Shown: positions 1 to 14,092 of the stretch, in pieces
Layout of the letters: the number at the start of each line of letters is the position of its first letter
How positions within the stretch are numbered: the first letter of the stretch is position 1
DNA from: Glycera tridactyla
Lineage: Eukaryota
NCBI GenBank assembly: GCA_965644265.1
Contig: OZ286459.1
Span: forward strand, 18,352,001 to 18,416,000
DNA length: 64,000 nt
Direction: 5' to 3'
The notes under the pieces: model-generated
What the model saw: the letters and a program-made list of their open reading frames with translations, nothing else
Told to the model about the DNA's origin: nothing
Database searches by the model: none
Made by a program: the position numbers and the translations under genes

Positions 1-77
1 ATTGCTGTCCACATCCTGGCACGTACCAATGCCATCAAACGGTGGCGTGAGTTGATGGGTCCCACAAAAGTCTTCAG
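1..77 (+). CDS. NME6: Nucleoside diphosphate kinase 6, internal coding exon (5' part lies outside window)
   Basis: Translates IAVHILARTNAIKRWRELMGPTKVF(R), matching the NME6 segment (human ...AYILAHKDAIQLWRTLMGPTRVFR); ends at donor AG|GTGAGT, phase 2. Confidence 0.92.
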
Positions 78-255
78 GTGAGTTTATACATGAAACGACT
101 TGGGTAGCAGTGATGCCCTTTTTTTCCACAAATTTGGGTGAAAAATTCAGATTCAGAAATTGCTGAAAACTTGCTGGAAGTCTAAGAACATATACTTCTG
201 AAATTATCTAGAGGGTAGCCAGTGTCTAATTTAGGAATTACGGTATATGTTCCAG

Positions 256-332
256 GTCTATTCATAGTGATCCAGAAACCATACGTGGTCGCTTCGGACT
301 CTCTGACACAAGAAATTGCACTCATGGATCAG
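256..332 (+). CDS. NME6: NME6 penultimate coding exon
   Basis: Acceptor ttccag|, phase 2 matches previous exon; (R)SIHSDPETIRGRFGLSDTRNCTHGS contains the NDK catalytic His motif NxxHGSD; donor G|GTAAGA. Confidence 0.93.
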
Positions 333-1882
333 GTAAGAATCCCTTGGTGTGCCAAAGAGCCACTTTGCTAGAAGTAACTTGGCATGACAGTTCATGAGGA
401 AGAGTTACAATACTCCTACGTAGAGTAAGCACCATTATAACTCTACCACTGGCAGTGGCATGATACATGCAGGAATTTGAAGCTGTTTTGTCTGATTCCA
501 ATACATCAGCTTTGAAAGGCAGGGTTACCTTATTTCCATAACCAGTGTTGCCAACTTGAGCTGACCGAATTTTCGAAAACATACATGGCAATCAAGTTGA
601 CACAAATCCCTACATGGTGAACCACGGAATCTCCCTTCAGAACGTAGCTTGCAGGTTCCACATATGCTGCTGAAGCACTTTTTAAGTGATCACCTGCATT
701 GAGTTGTACAGTTAGTGCTCAGTCTTGGGTAATATTTCCTCCTTGGCTCCCTCTTGGTTATCTGCTTAGACCAGCCCCGGCAAGGAGATGGCAACATATG
801 CGTACAAGACATTCATATGGAAAATACAGTCATATTTTACCTGTCATATTGCCTTACAGGTTTTTTTTTTTTTTTGGGGGGGGGGGGGGGGGTACACAAT
901 AATGATCATTACCAGGCAGAGTCATTCAAACCACCAGACAGTCTTCTAGGTCTTTTCTTTATTACTGATCATAAATGTTGTGACAACACACATGTAAGCG
1001 ATGAATAATTACAATACAGAGAAATCTATTGGCTGGGCTCAGTTCAAACTTCAAAGCATTTCCCCATCCATTGTACACATACAGAACTAATATTCACCAA
1101 AGTGCACTTCCTGAAATTGAGAATGAAGATAGCCGTTTGCACTATACACTTTTATCCTGAAACGTAGTCGTCACCTGAGCAAGTGGGCGCTGTAATTTAC
1201 TGACCCTGAAACCAATTCCACACATTGAAAGCTTCACAACAAGTATTCATGTACAATATTGATAACAGATTTCACGATAAGTAAAATTCATGGGTCAATT
1301 GCACATAATTGGTGCCATTTCCTAGTGTCATTTCACACTGTTATACGCCAGAATCTGGTATTCAAAGCAAAGTATGCTCAATTAAATCTGCTGAATTCTA
1401 AGTGCCATTTTCGACTTGATGTACAATGTAATTTGTGGCACCAAGTCAGACTGTTGAAATGGTGGTCACTTCGGTGAATGTTGCTCCTGTCCACATAAAT
1501 ACTCTGTATCAGATTCAGGGTGAGAAAAGATGGCCTCCCACCTACCTGGGGCAGGTGGATTTCCAAAGTTGGCAGGTGCATCTTAAATCTACCTGCCCGA
1601 TGTACAGGTGAAAAATGATGATAAATGTAATGAACACATAATGGGAACAGGCTAAATTTTGATGGGGCAGGTAGGTTTGAGATGAAACTGGTAGATATTT
1701 TTCGTGTCTACATGCCCTGAAGTTTATGAGAGACACGTTCAACAGTCAAGTACATGAATATGATGGCATTAATACTCAATCCACATTAACACCCGCATAG
1801 GTATATCGATATAGAATAGGATCCACGCAACTCAGTCAAGCTATTCATGAGTCATTTCCATATCTATTAATTCTATTTTCAG

Positions 1883-2034
1883 ATTCAGACGAATCAGCCA
1901 AGAGAGAAATGCAATTTTTCTTCCCAGAATTCGATGTCGACAAGTGGCTTGCCAAGGACGAACATTTTTTCAGAGATGGCGATGTAGTCTATGATGGGGA
2001 TCGACAAGAACATGTAATACAAGGAGATGAATGA
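1883..2034 (+). CDS. NME6: NME6 last coding exon
   Basis: Acceptor ttctattttcag|, phase 1 completes D of HGSD; (D)SDESAKREMQFFFPEFDVDKW...QGDE* resembles the NME6 C-terminus (SAxREIAxFFPDF..W); stop TGA at 2032-2034. Confidence 0.92.
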
Positions 2035-2232
2035 ATGTGGGACGAGATGAGATAACGTTCACAATGGCACATGCGCATGATACAATCGTGGTAACTTTTC
2101 TTGAAAATGGTATCTATATTGTAAACAGTAGAGCAAGCTGTACAGCACTTTGACAGCTGTTACATATCAGTCAATACAATGTACATAAATAAGGTGTAAC
2201 TGGAGAACCGGTGCTACCGCAATAGATCATTA

Positions 2233-2397
2233 TAGTGGAACCTGCGACAAGAGACCACCTCCGGGGGGCCACCGCTTTTTCAGGGAAGCTTTTGTATTTG
2301 ACATGATAGTCAAATATACCTCTGAAGAGAGACCACCTCTTTTGTGAGACCACCGTTTGGTGACATTCAGGGCAGTCTCTCATCGCAGGTTTCACTG
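2233..2397. mobile_element. MITE, CAGT-ended and TA-flanked (Tc1/mariner-pogo type)
   Basis: TIRs tagtggaacctgcga / tcgcaggtttcactg with TA on both sides; internal gagaccacct repeats shared with sibling copies. Confidence 0.75.
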
Positions 2398-2530
2398 TAT
2401 TGAGAAAATGTCTCTGTCCCAGATGTAAGTGCCATATGATTTAGCTAGGGTATTATAGTATGATGTGTATGAAGACATGGATCTTTCATGATATAATCAT
2501 ACCATAGTGAATGGGAATGCTTCAGGTGTA

Positions 2531-2674
2531 CAGTGAAACCTGCGACAAGAGACCGCTTTTCCAGGGCAGCTTTTCAATATGACATAGTCAAATATACCTC
2601 CGATGAGAGTCCACCTCTTTTTAGAGACCACTTTTAGTTACATTTAGAGCAGTCTCTTGTCGTAGGTTTCACTG
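2531..2674. mobile_element. MITE, same family as 2233-2397
   Basis: ta|cagtgaaacctgcgacaagaga ... tctcttgtcgtaggtttcactg|ta. Confidence 0.8.
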
Positions 2675-3028
2675 TATCAGAAGAGTGAAGATGGAAGGAA
2701 TACCACAACAGTACCACTGGCCCTGGGTGGGCTAAATTGCTTTCTATCAAGTGTCATAGCTTCTTAACTTACATTCCACAAATGAAATATTCTAAAGAGC
2801 ATTCCCTTGGATTTCATACAACTGGCATACTTCAATACCATGATATATTATTCTAAATATTCCATGGGCCATATTTAGCAGAAACATAGGACTTGATATT
2901 GCCAGATTGATCACTTCGACGCAAGAAAAAATGCAATTGCTGTGCATGATTGCTACCTCTCTCCATTCAACATGTGATGGTGTTATATAGGTTAAAATAT
3001 TTCACAAGACCAGCTTGTATCAGGGGTA

Positions 3029-3202
3029 GAGTCAAACCTGTCCACAAAAACCATGCTCTATTGCATAAAGTGGCCTTAGTAGAGTGGAGGCCTTTGTAGA
3101 GAGGTCATTTACTGTAGATAATACTCTCGCGGTGACAGCTCAGGGTGGACATTGTAGGCAGGTGGCCTTTGTATAGAGGTGGTCTCTCAAGCAGGTATAT
3201 TA
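3029..3202. mobile_element. MITE, CAGT-type subfamily 2 (degenerate)
   Basis: ta|gagtcaaacctgtc start; internal agaggtcatttactgt / gctcagggtgg / ggtggtctc blocks shared with the 4897, 10522, 16395, 43934, 48300 and 52962 copies. Confidence 0.6.
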
Positions 3203-4216
3203 TATACCCAACTGTTGAACTTCTACTTAAGGTATGCAAGCCATTTTGTTATCGATTACCTCATAATGAATGTCTAGTCACGAATCATTCCATCTATGTT
3301 TTGAATTCTAAAGGCATCAGGTGGTTAAGAGCAATATAGATAGATGTTAAGTATGGTAGAAACTGGTAAGAAATGGTTCTATTGGCAGCTGGTGGCAGTG
3401 GTGTATGGGAGTCTAAAACTAGTCATGATTTGTATGCTGTACAGGGTCTTGCAACTACTGGGTTGCAGTGCACTGATAATGAAAGGCATATTTTGGATCA
3501 GCAACTATCCAAAATTCTGTTAACCAACACATGAACTCTCCACCTTTGGTCAACCCCAGCAGATTTTTTCTCCTACCACCCCTTCCTTTTCATGAAGTAT
3601 CCAAACCAGTCTCTACCAATTCTTTTGTAAAGTAAACTCTACAGAATCTGGCATTCTGCCATCAATTTCTGCCTGGATTGAGATGGAAAGTACCCAAATT
3701 GAATCTGAACAAATGAAGTCACTGTGAATCGATCAATTGTTGTTTATGGTTTGGGAGGGCGTGGTTATCATATACTCGCTACTGACCGATGCAGGGAATA
3801 TCTTACAGGTCTGAACATGCTTCTCTTTGCAGTTTTATTTTGTTTTCAATATTATCCACAAAGCTTGCTTATGAACGGAGTTTGAGAGACAGAGAACAAT
3901 GTCATCCATTTGTATTTGACTTGTATTTCCAAGCCATAGGTTTACACTGGGGATAAGATCAGCTAACAAGCCACAACCCTGAAAAGTGGACCGGAGTCAC
4001 TTTTCACCATGATTTTCTGGGCCAAGAAACACCAATAACTACTGATTAATGGCTACTACAATGCCACACAAATCCTGTGCTCTATCTCCACCAATTCATG
4101 ATTGATTTCTATATTCTAAAATCCAAAATAATCAGCATAAAATGTTCTTTTCTGCTGTAAGCAAATGTGATAAAAAACATGGTAATTTGAGGAACGATCA
4201 CATCCCCGGTTCACAC

Positions 4217-4440
4217 GTTTTGCTTCTTTCTGCCATCTTGCTCACTGATATGCTCACATATATCAAGTGGCTGCCACACATGCTATCATCCTGTGGCAGT
4301 CAAGTGTGAATTCATACAAGCTGATTTAGTTTTGCTTCTTTCTGCCATCTTGCTCACTGATATGCTCACATATATCAAGTGGCTGCCACACATGCTATCA
4401 TCCTGTGGCAGTCAAGTGTGAATTCATACAAACTGATTTA
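4217..4440. repeat. Tandem duplication, 2 x 112 bp
   Basis: gttttgcttctttctgccatcttgctcactg...ctgattta occurs at 4217 and 4329, near identical. Confidence 0.9.
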
Positions 4441-4896
4441 CCTGCGTATCAATATGCCTATCTCTGATGATCCAACTTTTGTATTTTGCATAAATATATG
4501 CATGGTGGCAAATTCACAATTGAGGTGTCAATTGGGACATTTCAAAACACGGAGTTGCATCCAGGATATCTGAATTTGAAAAAAATGGGGCATTTCATGA
4601 CAAAATTCCCCAAAATGTTTGATATCGAAAAGTGCAATCCTCTCATAGATTTGGAGGGCATCTAGGTCCCTGACTGCATTAAGAATGGACCCACCCCGAT
4701 GAAATGCGTGAAATGCCCCCATGCCCCCTCTGGATGCAACCCTAAGAATCCATGCCACAACTTTGCGCTGTGATAAATGAGTTACTGGTGATCCATTATA
4801 CACTGAATGTACCTGGATGATATATTCTTATTCTGCAGTGACATTCATTACTTCAATTTTGCCAAAGTATGGGATGGACTGCACTCAAGCTGTATA

Positions 4897-5040
4897 GAGT
4901 CAAACCTCTCTACAAAGACCACCCTCGGTCACACTGAAAAGTGGTCTTTGTAGAGAGGTTATTTACCGAAGAAAATACTCTTGCCATCACTGATCATGGG
5001 GGCGTTTGTATATAAGTCGTCACTCAGGCAGATTAAACTG
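4897..5040. mobile_element. MITE, CAGT-type subfamily 2
   Basis: ta|gagtcaaacctctctacaaagaccacc ... aaactg|ta. Confidence 0.65.
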
Positions 5041-5799
5041 TAGATATAATTTGGGGGAGGATGGATAAAATATTATTGGTTTACAGGAATGTGGCTTTTG
5101 CTCCATTATAGAGGATCAATATATATCTACTTCTCTTGTGTTTCTTCTTTGTGACTAGGACATCATATTCATTTCACTCTACTCTGCCATTCTGGAGGAC
5201 CAGGTCTCAGTTGCTATGGTTCTCCGAGGAAAATGATTTATTCCACTTTGAACAGGGATGTGATTAGCTAACAACCAAAAACCCTGAAAATCTGACTCGG
5301 GGCACTTCAAAATTTTGTGGACCAAGATACCCCAATAACTGCTAACTAACAGCTACTATAACTCAAAGTAAACTCTATCTCCACTAATTCTGGTCCAATT
5401 TTCATGATCTGAAAGCCAAAATAATCAGGCACATTACATATTATATGCATGTATTGCTGCATTTGCGATGGAAAACACCAAAATTTGCAGAATAGTTTGT
5501 ATGAATAATATGGCGATGGATTGTCTTGAGACGAGTCATTGGTAGGAATCATTGCAGCGATTATCTGCGTCAAACACCTGCATTTATCCAAATTCAAATA
5601 TACTGGGAATATAGCGATCACTATTATGTAATAAATCTAGTAGTAGGTCTCTGACATCTCGAATGTATGATGACATAAGACTGTTTCTCTTGAAAAGTAA
5701 ATGATAACAATCTGATAACCAACAGCTGCATCTTGATAGATGCTGAGATACTTTCACTTTAGAAATCCATATAGAGTGGATCATGGAATTCTCCAGTTT

Positions 5800-6270
5800 G
5801 TCTGTATGACATATACCAACCCAGAGGATATGTATGCCATGTGTTCCTGGACAATGATAGCTACACACAAGATGATGGGGAACCTGAAAGGTGGTCAAGT
5901 GGAAGTAGCTGACAGTTCAGACACATCTCTACCAGTCTCACATGAACATATAAAATATAATGATGGCATATACATGTATATTGATGTAACTGGTTGGAAG
6001 CTGACACTCAAGCCTGATGGCAATGCATTCTGATAATTATCTGAAATCAGATATTTGTCATCGATAGCCCACATTTTCAGATATTTTTATCAAAATGAGA
6101 ATTTCGGGACAAAGACTGATTTCAGATATTTTTCATGATAGCGACTTTCATCAGTGTTTCATTCTGAGCAAAGCCCAGTACTTGAAACATAGGAAAGCAT
6201 CAGGGTTGGAGTATACTCTACCAATGTGTTTTAATTACAAACTGTCAACTTCAAACCAGATCATTCTCCA
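5800..6270 (+). repeat. Unclassified interspersed repeat family F1, copy interrupted by a ~130-bp insert
   Basis: Shares cacaagatgatgggga...gtcaagtggaagtagctga...gtaactgg(t/c)tggaagct..cactcaagcctga...gtcaacttcaaaccag with copies at ~8100, ~38130-38600 (-), ~46030-46150 (-) and ~50175-50610. Confidence 0.8.
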
Positions 6271-7019
6271 GAAGAATCGTATCTGCAAATTTTATGAACA
6301 CAACATATTTTACTTTTATATGCCATACATGAACTACTGGACAGGGTTTACAACACCCAATAACAATATACCCAGAGATTACAATAAACAGCCACATGAC
6401 TGGAATAACGATGACATGTATAGACAATGCAAGCAATGAATATATAGAGAGGATATAAAAAGATGATTGCATAAACGCACAAATCTCCATTCATCTCCTG
6501 AAAATATATGAGCACCAGTGAATGTGACAAATGCAGAAATTGATGATAAAACTCTGTCCAAACCTATCAGTATTTACTGTCGCAACAGGTGCACCAGAGT
6601 ATTTTTATGGTTCGAGTAAACAGCTATATCTTTTGGAACCTGTTTCATCACTCATATTACAGTGGCCTTTTTTCAGATTACAAAAACGCCACAAGTATAA
6701 AAAAAAGATGATGCCTGTACTGCAAAGCTTCACATAACGCGACCTTCACCAAAATGGGAGAAAGTGCAATGTTTCTTTGAAAAAAAAAATCAATTTATTT
6801 GTGTCAGGTCAGGTTTCCAGAAACTGTAAGAAACATCTAATAAAGCACACAGTCCAGAAACTGATTCTGTTGCGTGATGTAGGTGAAATGAGAATTCTGT
6901 GTTTCTTCATCTTTTGGCACACATATAAAATGTTTCTTACTGTCCATTCAACTTGTCTCTTAGGTTTAGTTTGATTGAGGTTCAAACAACTTGTATTAAC
7001 TGAGAGGATTGTGTAAGCT

Positions 7020-7470
7020 GTTAGTCATTTAGATCCCTCATGGTAAAGAAATCAAATTCTTAAAGATAAAAAATTGTTTCAATGCCATGCAGAAAAATCT
7101 TGCAGGAAGGAGAATAGACCTGCATTCATCAGGGCTAAAATTTTGAGAAGTAGTAATTGGAAATGTATTTACTGGCTTCCAAGATTTTGCACTTGATACC
7201 AAAAATTTCAATATTTGAGCCAACGCAGAGCCCTGGTTATGTTTCCTATACGAGGTGGCATGTGGTCACATTGCCATTCCAGCTGGTGACATCTCATGCC
7301 CAGCTGACTCTTGCACACATTCAAACCCCTCCTGGAAATACAAACACCTGAGTGCTAAAACAGAGGAGTATAGGAACTTTTTTCCCCAAGGACAAAGGAA
7401 TGGAATCAACATTATGCAGCCGTTGTGGAAGCCAGCAACACTCAGTCCTTCAAGGAAATCCTGAATCATG
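7020..7470 (+). pseudogene. Degenerate 3' fragment of a CR1/L2-group LINE ORF2
   Basis: Frameshifted remnants ..QRRALVMF.. and HIAIPAGDISCPADSCTHSNPSWKYKHLSAKTEEYRNFFP-RTKEWNQ resemble the LINE ORF2 C-terminal motif (RTR.NH..KF..I.A....YK.SFFPRT..EWN.L). Confidence 0.55.
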
Positions 7471-9419
7471 CCTGACAACATAACCCTTAACTGCAAGCCA
7501 CCCCACATTGGCAGGAAAACCTACATGGGTTTAGTCGATTACAGAACAAATACAGATACATGTACATAGGACACTGACAAGGTATATTCATATCAAGCAG
7601 TTACTACCATTTTTCTGAATTTGTAAATAATTGAGACAATACAGTCGAAAATGTTTCACTGTCCCATCAACATCCNNNNNNNNNNNNNNNNNNNNNNNNN
7701 NNNNNNNNNNNNNNNNNNNNNNNNNNNNNNNNNNNNNNNNNNNNNNNNNNNNNNNNNNNNNNNNNNNNNNNNNNNNNNNNNNNNNNNNNNNNNNNNNNNN
7801 NNNNNNNNNNNNNNTAACATGGAACATCCGATATACTACACTGACAAGGCCATTCAAACTGATGATAAAAAAATAAGCATGATAGATGGAATTACAATTG
7901 ACAGGAAAAACAAAACTACTAAAATATAAAAAAGGAATACCACTTCTATCAAACAGACTTGCCGGACACATGAGCATGTGTCAAGAAAAGTTGGCAAAAT
8001 AATTGCCAGGTATCAACTCTGGTGAGAAGAGGTGCATTTATTTTCTGTTGGCTTTGGGGCGGGGAACAGAAGATGATGGGAAACCAGAAAGCTTTTCCAA
8101 GTGGGAGTAGCTGACATTTCAGTCACCTCTACCAACTTCAATTACACTGATAAACCTTCACTGTCAGATGTCATTTCTAACTATGTAACTGGCTGCAAGC
8201 TGTCAGTCAAGCCTGATATCAATGCTTTCATGCTAAGTGCAGTTTTTGGAACGTGGAATTCAACATTGTGCCCAAACTGGGTCAATGGCTTTTTGAGATT
8301 GGAAGAAGGAGTATGGTAAAGATTGAAAATGTATTATACATCAACAGGGGAAAAGGTGTTTGAAATTGACATCGAAAGTATGACCATGGTCTTTGCTGGG
8401 GGTTTGTTCACGTGATTTGGGATCTCAGTGAGCATGCGCAAAAAATGGTGGCGCACATATTTGAATGCTTGTCACTCTGTCTTTTTGTCTTTGGAAGGGT
8501 TGGAATGAGCAGGTTCATCCGTTTGGTAGAATGAGGTATATGAAACACATCCAGTAAAGGGACTGACGCCCTCCATGCTTTGCCTAAATGAATCGATGAT
8601 AGTCTCAAAATCCAGCAATGGCTCCTACATGAAATTCTTTACATCCGAAAACGCTCTCAGTATATAAGTATAAAAAGAGCCATGAGTTACCATAGGTGGG
8701 AACAGTTATAGCTAGTGTTTCTTTGCTTCAAGGTTGGACATGCACAAACCCCAAAGGTCATGTATACCAATGAGGCAGATGCAATAGCTACTGATGCAAG
8801 ACACAAGTGCAATACAGTGAAACATGTGACGAGAGACCCCCTGACAAAAGATCACCTGCAACAGTATACTGCTTTTACAGGGCAGCTTTTCTATTTGACA
8901 TATCGGTATTCAAATATTAAGTGTTGCCAATCCTCTGGAAATATCCGGAATTCCAGAAATCAATACTTTTGATTGCATTCTCTGGATGTATATCTTGGAC
9001 ACACTTGTGACCTGGACTGGTCTAAATGAAAAAACAACAGGAAGCAAAGCAGGAAATGTAACTGTATCACTCAACACAGGGAGTTTCTTGAACAGGGCTC
9101 TGGAAGCATGTGGAATGTGTGAAAAAAATCATCCATCCACCATCTAAGGATGTGCACTGACGCATGTGTTTTCATGAAATTTTGTGTTGGCAACACTGAA
9201 TGTTACACCTGCAAAAAGAGACCACCTCTTGAAAGCCATTTTTCATGGACATTAGGGGCAGTCTCTCATCGCAGGTCTCAATGTAGTTTATATTGGTTCA
9301 AGATGATTCATTTCAATAATACACATACAAGAAATTATATTATGGCACTTGGAATAATCTGAGGTTGATGAATGCAATTTTCTGTTGGATTCCAAACAAT
9401 CCTATTCCATGATGAGATT

Positions 9420-9568
9420 CGGTGAAACCTGTGACAAGAGACCCCCCAAGAGACCACCTCTGTCAGGGGACCACTTTTTCGAGGCAGCTTTTCTATTTGA
9501 CATAATCAATATACTCCCGACGAGCCTCGAGTCGGCAGTTGCGGCAGTCTCTCATCACAGCTTTCACC
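9420..9568. mobile_element. MITE, same family as 2531-2674
   Basis: cggtgaaacctgtgacaagaga ... tctctcatcacagctttcacc; partial siblings at ~8814-8910 and ~9200-9285. Confidence 0.65.
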
Positions 9569-10440
9569 AAATATCGTCAAAACTGGCCCAGAACAGCGTG
9601 ACAACTCTATGGGTGCCTTACCCTGGCTGCCATACATGATTCCGGAAGCATTAAAACAACCGTTTCACTTCCCACCATCCACCAACTTCTTGGGTTTGAT
9701 GACTGCGGAAATGAAATGCATGCACAAATGTATACACATTCATTTATATAATTATAGTCACATATATAAATCTGATACAGGTCAATATATCACAACAAAC
9801 ATGATGAATGATATTAAAACATGAACAACAGGTACATTATCATGACAGATGCATTAACAATCTACCAGCAACAATATATAAAATAAATAACTCATATAAC
9901 TAGCACATTTTATATGAAACACATCTCATTCAGGATTGACGCATAGAAAAGTTTTCTAAGTAACTGATAAATTGATGAAAATAGGAAGGTAGAAAATGTC
10001 TAGCTCTGGCGCAAACTGTCTTCTAGTAATGTTGCATAAGAATAAGATATGACGTGATGGCTGTCCTTTTGAATGAAATCAGTCTTCCTGGACTACTGAA
10101 AATGCATGCCCATCTGAGACAAATCAGTACAATATATGAAGAACATACATGTCAACTGATACCATGTATTGACATAATTATGTACACTTAGTCACTGATA
10201 TCGACTGGAGTCTCATAAGCTACAGCCATATTCATTGTATACCTGGGTATTATGAGTCTGAAAGCCGTTCAAGGAGTGTACATTTAACTTACACAATTAT
10301 GGCCATGATTGAATCAACCTGCAATCATGTCACATGAATGGTGACTACCTACCAGTATGTGACCAGCACTCAATTTGTTCTGCATGTAGATGTCTTGACA
10401 GTGCTGCTTATGTGCTATATTGAAATGTCCTCCAAGCAAG

Positions 10441-11132
10441 AACTAGAGCTTTGTCACAGAGGTGACTAAAAATACCCCCGCCGCCACTTTGACACAGATT
10501 GTACGCAATATGGCCAAGGGACAGCAAACCTGTCACACCAAAAAGTGAGGTGGATTTCATAGAGGTCATTTACTGTTGAGATTATCACAGTTGCAGCTGT
10601 GGTAGCTCAGGTGGCCTTTATAGGCTGGTGGTCTTTATAGGCTGGTGGTCTCTTGGGCAGGTTTGACTGTGTGTATGTGGGGGGAGGGGGTTGAGGGAGC
10701 AAAGGAATAAATGGGGTCATTTATAGAAGAGCAACAATGTCTATTACGGAGAACGTTACATAACCATGAAAGGAAAGCCAAGGGCAGTGTGAGAGGCCTT
10801 ACCCCATACAAACAATTAATGAGCCTTGTTGATTTCTGGCTGCCTCAAATTCCAAACTTACAGATACAACCAGACACACAAATACAAAAAAATCTTATTT
10901 TTTCTCAAATTACTCTGAAATGAGTGGATCAATCTGCTCGGAAATTGTGTCTTGCACATCTACACTTCATGGTGATGACATATGCCAAGTATCAATCCAA
11001 TAGCTTGAGAAATGTGGGAGTAGTTCACGGGACAAACTTTTGCGGACAGACCAACCGACCGACCGACCAACCACCAACAGAGTGACTCCAGTATACCCCC
11101 TTCCAAACTTTGTTTGGGCGGGGGTATAAAAA
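10441..11132 (+). mobile_element. Non-autonomous Helentron-type element (HINE/pearl-like) with a nested MITE
   Basis: Perfect 11-bp subterminal IR atacccccgcc (10472-10482) / ggcgggggtat (11117-11127); (ACCG)n microsatellite at ~11045-11075; 3' hairpin tataccccc..ccaaac ttt gtttgg..ggggtata followed by an A run. Confidence 0.65.
10522..10669. mobile_element. MITE, CAGT-type subfamily 2, nested in the Helentron-type element
   Basis: cagcaaacctgtc ... ggcaggtttgactg; internal blocks shared with subfamily 2. Confidence 0.6.
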
Positions 11133-14092
11133 ATTCCCTGTCAGCATCACCTTCACAGACCTGTAAACATGACACGAGCTACAGCCGTATGATTGTCAGG
11201 AACTATCTTCCAGTTTATACATTATACATGCCTCTCCTCAGATTCTATTCCAGACAAAAGCATGGGTCTCCATATAGTGAAATTCTATGGAGGTGAAAAA
11301 TACTAGATGTATAAACCATGTGCTTTCAAATTCAAACCAGCTTTGCAATAATGCTGTTTTGATATTTCCAAGTTCAACATCCTCACAAGAGCAGTTTAGT
11401 GAGCCCTGTGCCCACCAAGGAATATCAATATGGGTAGGTGAGACTTAAATACTCCCTCACATGCTAGAAAAGTTGCAATTCACATTCGGATCAGGTGGGT
11501 TATTCACACCAATATCTTGTGCTCAAAATAACCTACTAACAACTGGTTTTCCTTTTGGAACTTTAATGATTCGGGAGGCTGGATCCATTTTCTGTGGAGT
11601 AATTCTGTCAATCTACTCTGCTGATGGGAGAGTGGCTGAAATTTTTTTGTGAAGACCTTTCAGAGGTGGTCATTAGAGGAGACTACTCTTAAAATAAATC
11701 CTAGAATGCATAAATATATTTTTTCCAAATGGGGAGGGAATGCAAGTCAAAAAGGTGGCTGATATTCTGCAAAAGACCATTAGACTGTGTATTAAAGCAG
11801 TAAATGTAAATAACTATTCGGTAAAATATCAAAAACTAGGATCTATAAAAAAAACAATAATACAGCTTTCAATAAAAACAAAAGTCACTTTCAATCATAC
11901 AATAATCACAGAAAAAGTTTTCCATCACTGATAGTCCAAAGTAGAAGAGCCAGTTGAATAAATGGCCAATCAAGGTGAAAACATAAAGACTCTGAAGTAA
12001 TTTTAAACTCTTTTGTGAGCAAACAGAGGGTACAAGTCAGGGGAAAGAAAAAAGACAAAGAATGTGGAAGATGGTCTAGCCTCAATTCAAAAAGCAACCA
12101 CAAAAAAATGCCTGATTTAGCCAAACTAGCTACAAGGAATATTGTTCTAGCGCCAACGCAGGCTTGTGCTCTTGGTCTTTCTTATGGCCACCCTTTTATG
12201 ATAATCTTCCTCTTTAGCTGAGTGTCTTCATGTGTGATTGACAAGAACAGTACGAAGAGAAACTACTGTCCGCTAACATTTGAAACAGGTGATATCATCC
12301 GGTGTGTATACCAAATAAAGATATCCAAAGTTGACCACAATAAAATATCTGCCAGTTTATGGCTCAAGAAGTTTGACTTCTTAGCAAGAAAATATCATTT
12401 CATACATTCCTTATAATGGACAGAATTTAAGCTATCGTGTACCTGGATTTGCTCTGTCAATAATATATACTAAAATACTAATGTTGGAAGAAAAATGGTT
12501 GGATATACTAACCGGTGTTAAAAGTTACATTTTGGTCATACATGAAATAGGAACTTATGGCACCATAGTCCGGACAGTAAGTACTCGTAAGTACGAGTTA
12601 CATCGTAATCTTAAATATATGTTAGAATCATCCATCTCAAATATGAAAAGTTAAAAGCTTCATAGTATGAATTTCTCCAGAAAAATAAGGACGAAGATCG
12701 CTCTTTTCTTTTCTTTTTTCAAGTATGGTCAGTACAAGCTTACCGTTTAATACTCAGTTTTGAAATGTGATGATGCTGCAGCACGCTGAGATCGGTAAAT
12801 GTTGCTGAATGCCTAATCTGATGCATTCTCATTTATCATCCAACCCAAGCTCAGTACATGTTATCTTTTACCACAAATGCAAATGGGAAACATGTCATTG
12901 TATTGCAGATTTTCTGGATTCCTCGACTGCAATTATTCATATGGACATGTCATGCACCCTTGCCAGTTTCTAGCGAAAACGTCCTCAAACGACGGGGCAG
13001 GGGAATTTCCCTATTCTACCGGTGAGGCATCTAGGAGGGGGTGTGGGCCAATTGCAGGCATGCAATCTCTGATGGACAAAGATATTAGCAGGGCCAATTT
13101 CAATGAGTAGCTGTACTAGTAATTGCAATTGAATGATGAGACATCTTGATTTTGTGTAGTAGCATCACTTGTGAATCGCAAGAATTTGGACTAAGAAATA
13201 GTCGCTACTTCGAGATAGTAGCAGTTGTCATCTCTGCAATTGACAGATATTCTTTATCTTTGGCCTCTTGTTAAAATGATGGTGGGCCACATCCCTCATT
13301 TCATCCACATATTTTACTTTTCCCATTAAATTTAGCCTGCCCCTTCAAATTTGGTGTTGGCCCCAATTTGCTAATCTAAAGGGCCAGTTGGTCCCTAATT
13401 TGGAATTTCTAGGGGCATCTCTGTTCTATAGACGGGTGATTTCAGCTGTTTTCTCACTGGAATCAGCTCAATGAGGACTAAATTAGTTGGCAGTTAACTT
13501 TATGCTGTCAGTCAATGTTATCTTTGTCGCAGAAATTATGTGAATGGCTTGATACCAACATGATGGATAGAGTAAAGTATGCCGGTAACAAAACAGAGAG
13601 GATCACAGATGTTCCTAGTTGGCTGGTAGGTGCATTCAATTAATGTCTTCTCGCTCTACCGCAGTAGCTGAAAATCTATACACATTTTGCAATTACTGGG
13701 TTCCCTGGGCATCACCAGTGGTGATGAGATTTCATATTTCACCTCGCTATCATGCAAGACGGACACATGGTCGGTACTTTATTTATACATTTCGCAACCG
13801 TCCCTCTCATCTCTTGCTATTGCACTTCAATTCATTCTGGGTGCATGACTAGAATAATAACTTTTCAGCGATAATATGCGAATGCACCTGTAGCAGCTAT
13901 AGCTATAGCTAAGAAATAAACTTCAGCAACTCAAAGATTAGCATGAACTCCAATACTGAGCAGATCTTCACTTCAAAAGACATCTCTTGCCCCTTCCCTC
14001 AACAAACATGTGAAATGAATGATCTGGAAAAAGAATAGGAGTGATCGATTTGTGAAGTTATAAATATCACTCCAAGGTGATTAGAAGAAATG

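Noticed and set aside
861-892. T-run followed by G-run in the NME6 intron
   Set aside because: Simple homopolymers, possibly of inaccurate length; no further structure.
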